A DNA stretch of 64,000 nt from the human T2T-CHM13v2.0 reference genome, Homo sapiens: assembly GCF_009914755.1 (NCBI RefSeq), contig NC_060928.1. One strand, written 5' to 3'. Position 1 is the first letter of the stretch. Each line of letters opens with the position of its first letter. The notes beneath the pieces are model-generated. The model was not told where the DNA came from and made no database searches. It worked only from the letters and a program-made list of their open reading frames with translations. A program made the translations under genes and the position numbers. Below, in pieces: positions 62,882 to 64,000 of this stretch.

Positions 62882-64000
62882 TGTATTAGTTTATTTGTAT
62901 AATGCTATGAAAAAACACCCAAGACTGGGTAATATAAAGAAAAGGAGGTTTAATGGGCTTACAGTTCCACACAGCTAGGGAGACCTCACAATCATGGTGG
63001 AAGGTAAAGGAGGAGCAAAGGCACATTTTACGTGGCAGCAGGCAAGAGAGAAGAAGGAGTGCCTAGCAAAGGGGGAAGCCCCTTATAAAACCATTAGATC
63101 TCATGAGAATTTACTGTCATGAGAACACGATGGGGGAAACTGCCCCAAAGACTCAATTGTCTTCACCTAGTCCCTCCCATGACACATGGGGATTAATGGG
63201 AACTATAATTTAAGATGAGATTTGGGTGGGGATACAGCCAAAACATATTATACCACCCCTGACCCCTCCCAAATTTTATGTTTTTACAATTTAAAACACA
63301 ACTATGCCCTTCCAAAAGTCCCCCAAAATCTTAACTTATTCTGGCATTAACTTACAAGTTCAAGTTTAAAGTCTTATTTGGGACAAGCAAGTCCCTTTTG
63401 CCTATGACCCTAGAAAATTAAAAACAAGTTAGTTACTTTCTAGATACAATGGGGTACAAGCATTGGGTAAATACACCCATTCCAAATGGGAGAAATTGGC
63501 CAAAACAAAGGGACTACAGGCCCCATGCAAGTCCAAAATCCAATATGGCAGTTATTAAACTTTAAAGTTTTAAAATCATTTTCTTTGACTTTATGTCTTA
63601 CATTCAGATTACACTGATGCAAGAGGTGGGCTTCCACAGCCTTTGGAAGCTCCACCCCTGTGGCTTTGCAGGGTACAGCCCCCCGCCTGGCTGCTTTCAT
63701 AGGCTGCTTTGAGTGTTTATGGCTTTTTCAGGTGCACAGTGCAAATTGTTGATGGATTTACCATTTTGGGGTCTGGAGCACAGTGGCACTTTTCTCACAG
63801 TTCCACTAGGCAATGCCCCAGTGGGGACTCTGTGTGGTAGTTCCAACTCCATTTCCCTTCTGCACTGCCCTAGCAGAGGTTCTACATGAAGGCTCTGCTC
63901 CTGCAGCAAACTTCTGCCTGGACATCCAGGCATTTCTGCACATTACCTGAAATGTAGTCAGAGGTTTTCAAATTTTAATTCTTTACTTCTGTGCACCTGC
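62882..64000 (-). mobile_element. THE1D-like element (3' LTR about 62882-63250 plus internal region), runs off the window; G-to-A hypermutated
   Basis: Reverse-complement homolog of about 36050-37161 with pervasive plus-strand TC>TT changes. Confidence 0.92.

Overview
Repeat-dominated hominid (human-like) genomic DNA, intergenic or deep intronic. I found no host protein-coding exon; almost all ORFs in the track are by-products of Alu, L1, LTR or microsatellite sequence. Main contents: a full-length, retrotransposition-dead L1PA2-type LINE with an intact antisense ORF0; two complete and one partial THE1 (MaLR) elements; two MER52 LTRs, one carrying a nested HERV-K LTR5 solo LTR; an RNY3 retropseudogene; about 13 Alu-family copies; and old L1M, L2, MIR, MLT and DNA-transposon fragments. 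Most notable: (1) strong strand-specific G-to-A (GA-context, APOBEC3-like) hypermutation of the THE1 at the right edge; (2) a cluster of locally templated direct and inverted insertions inside an old L1 (9.5-12.4 kb), one attached to the 5' end of an Alu; (3) a chimeric left-left-right Alu; (4) a possible gene-conversion patch in L1 ORF1. I see no evidence for a new gene system. Subfamily names come from recalled consensus sequences, not a database search, and boundaries of old elements are approximate.
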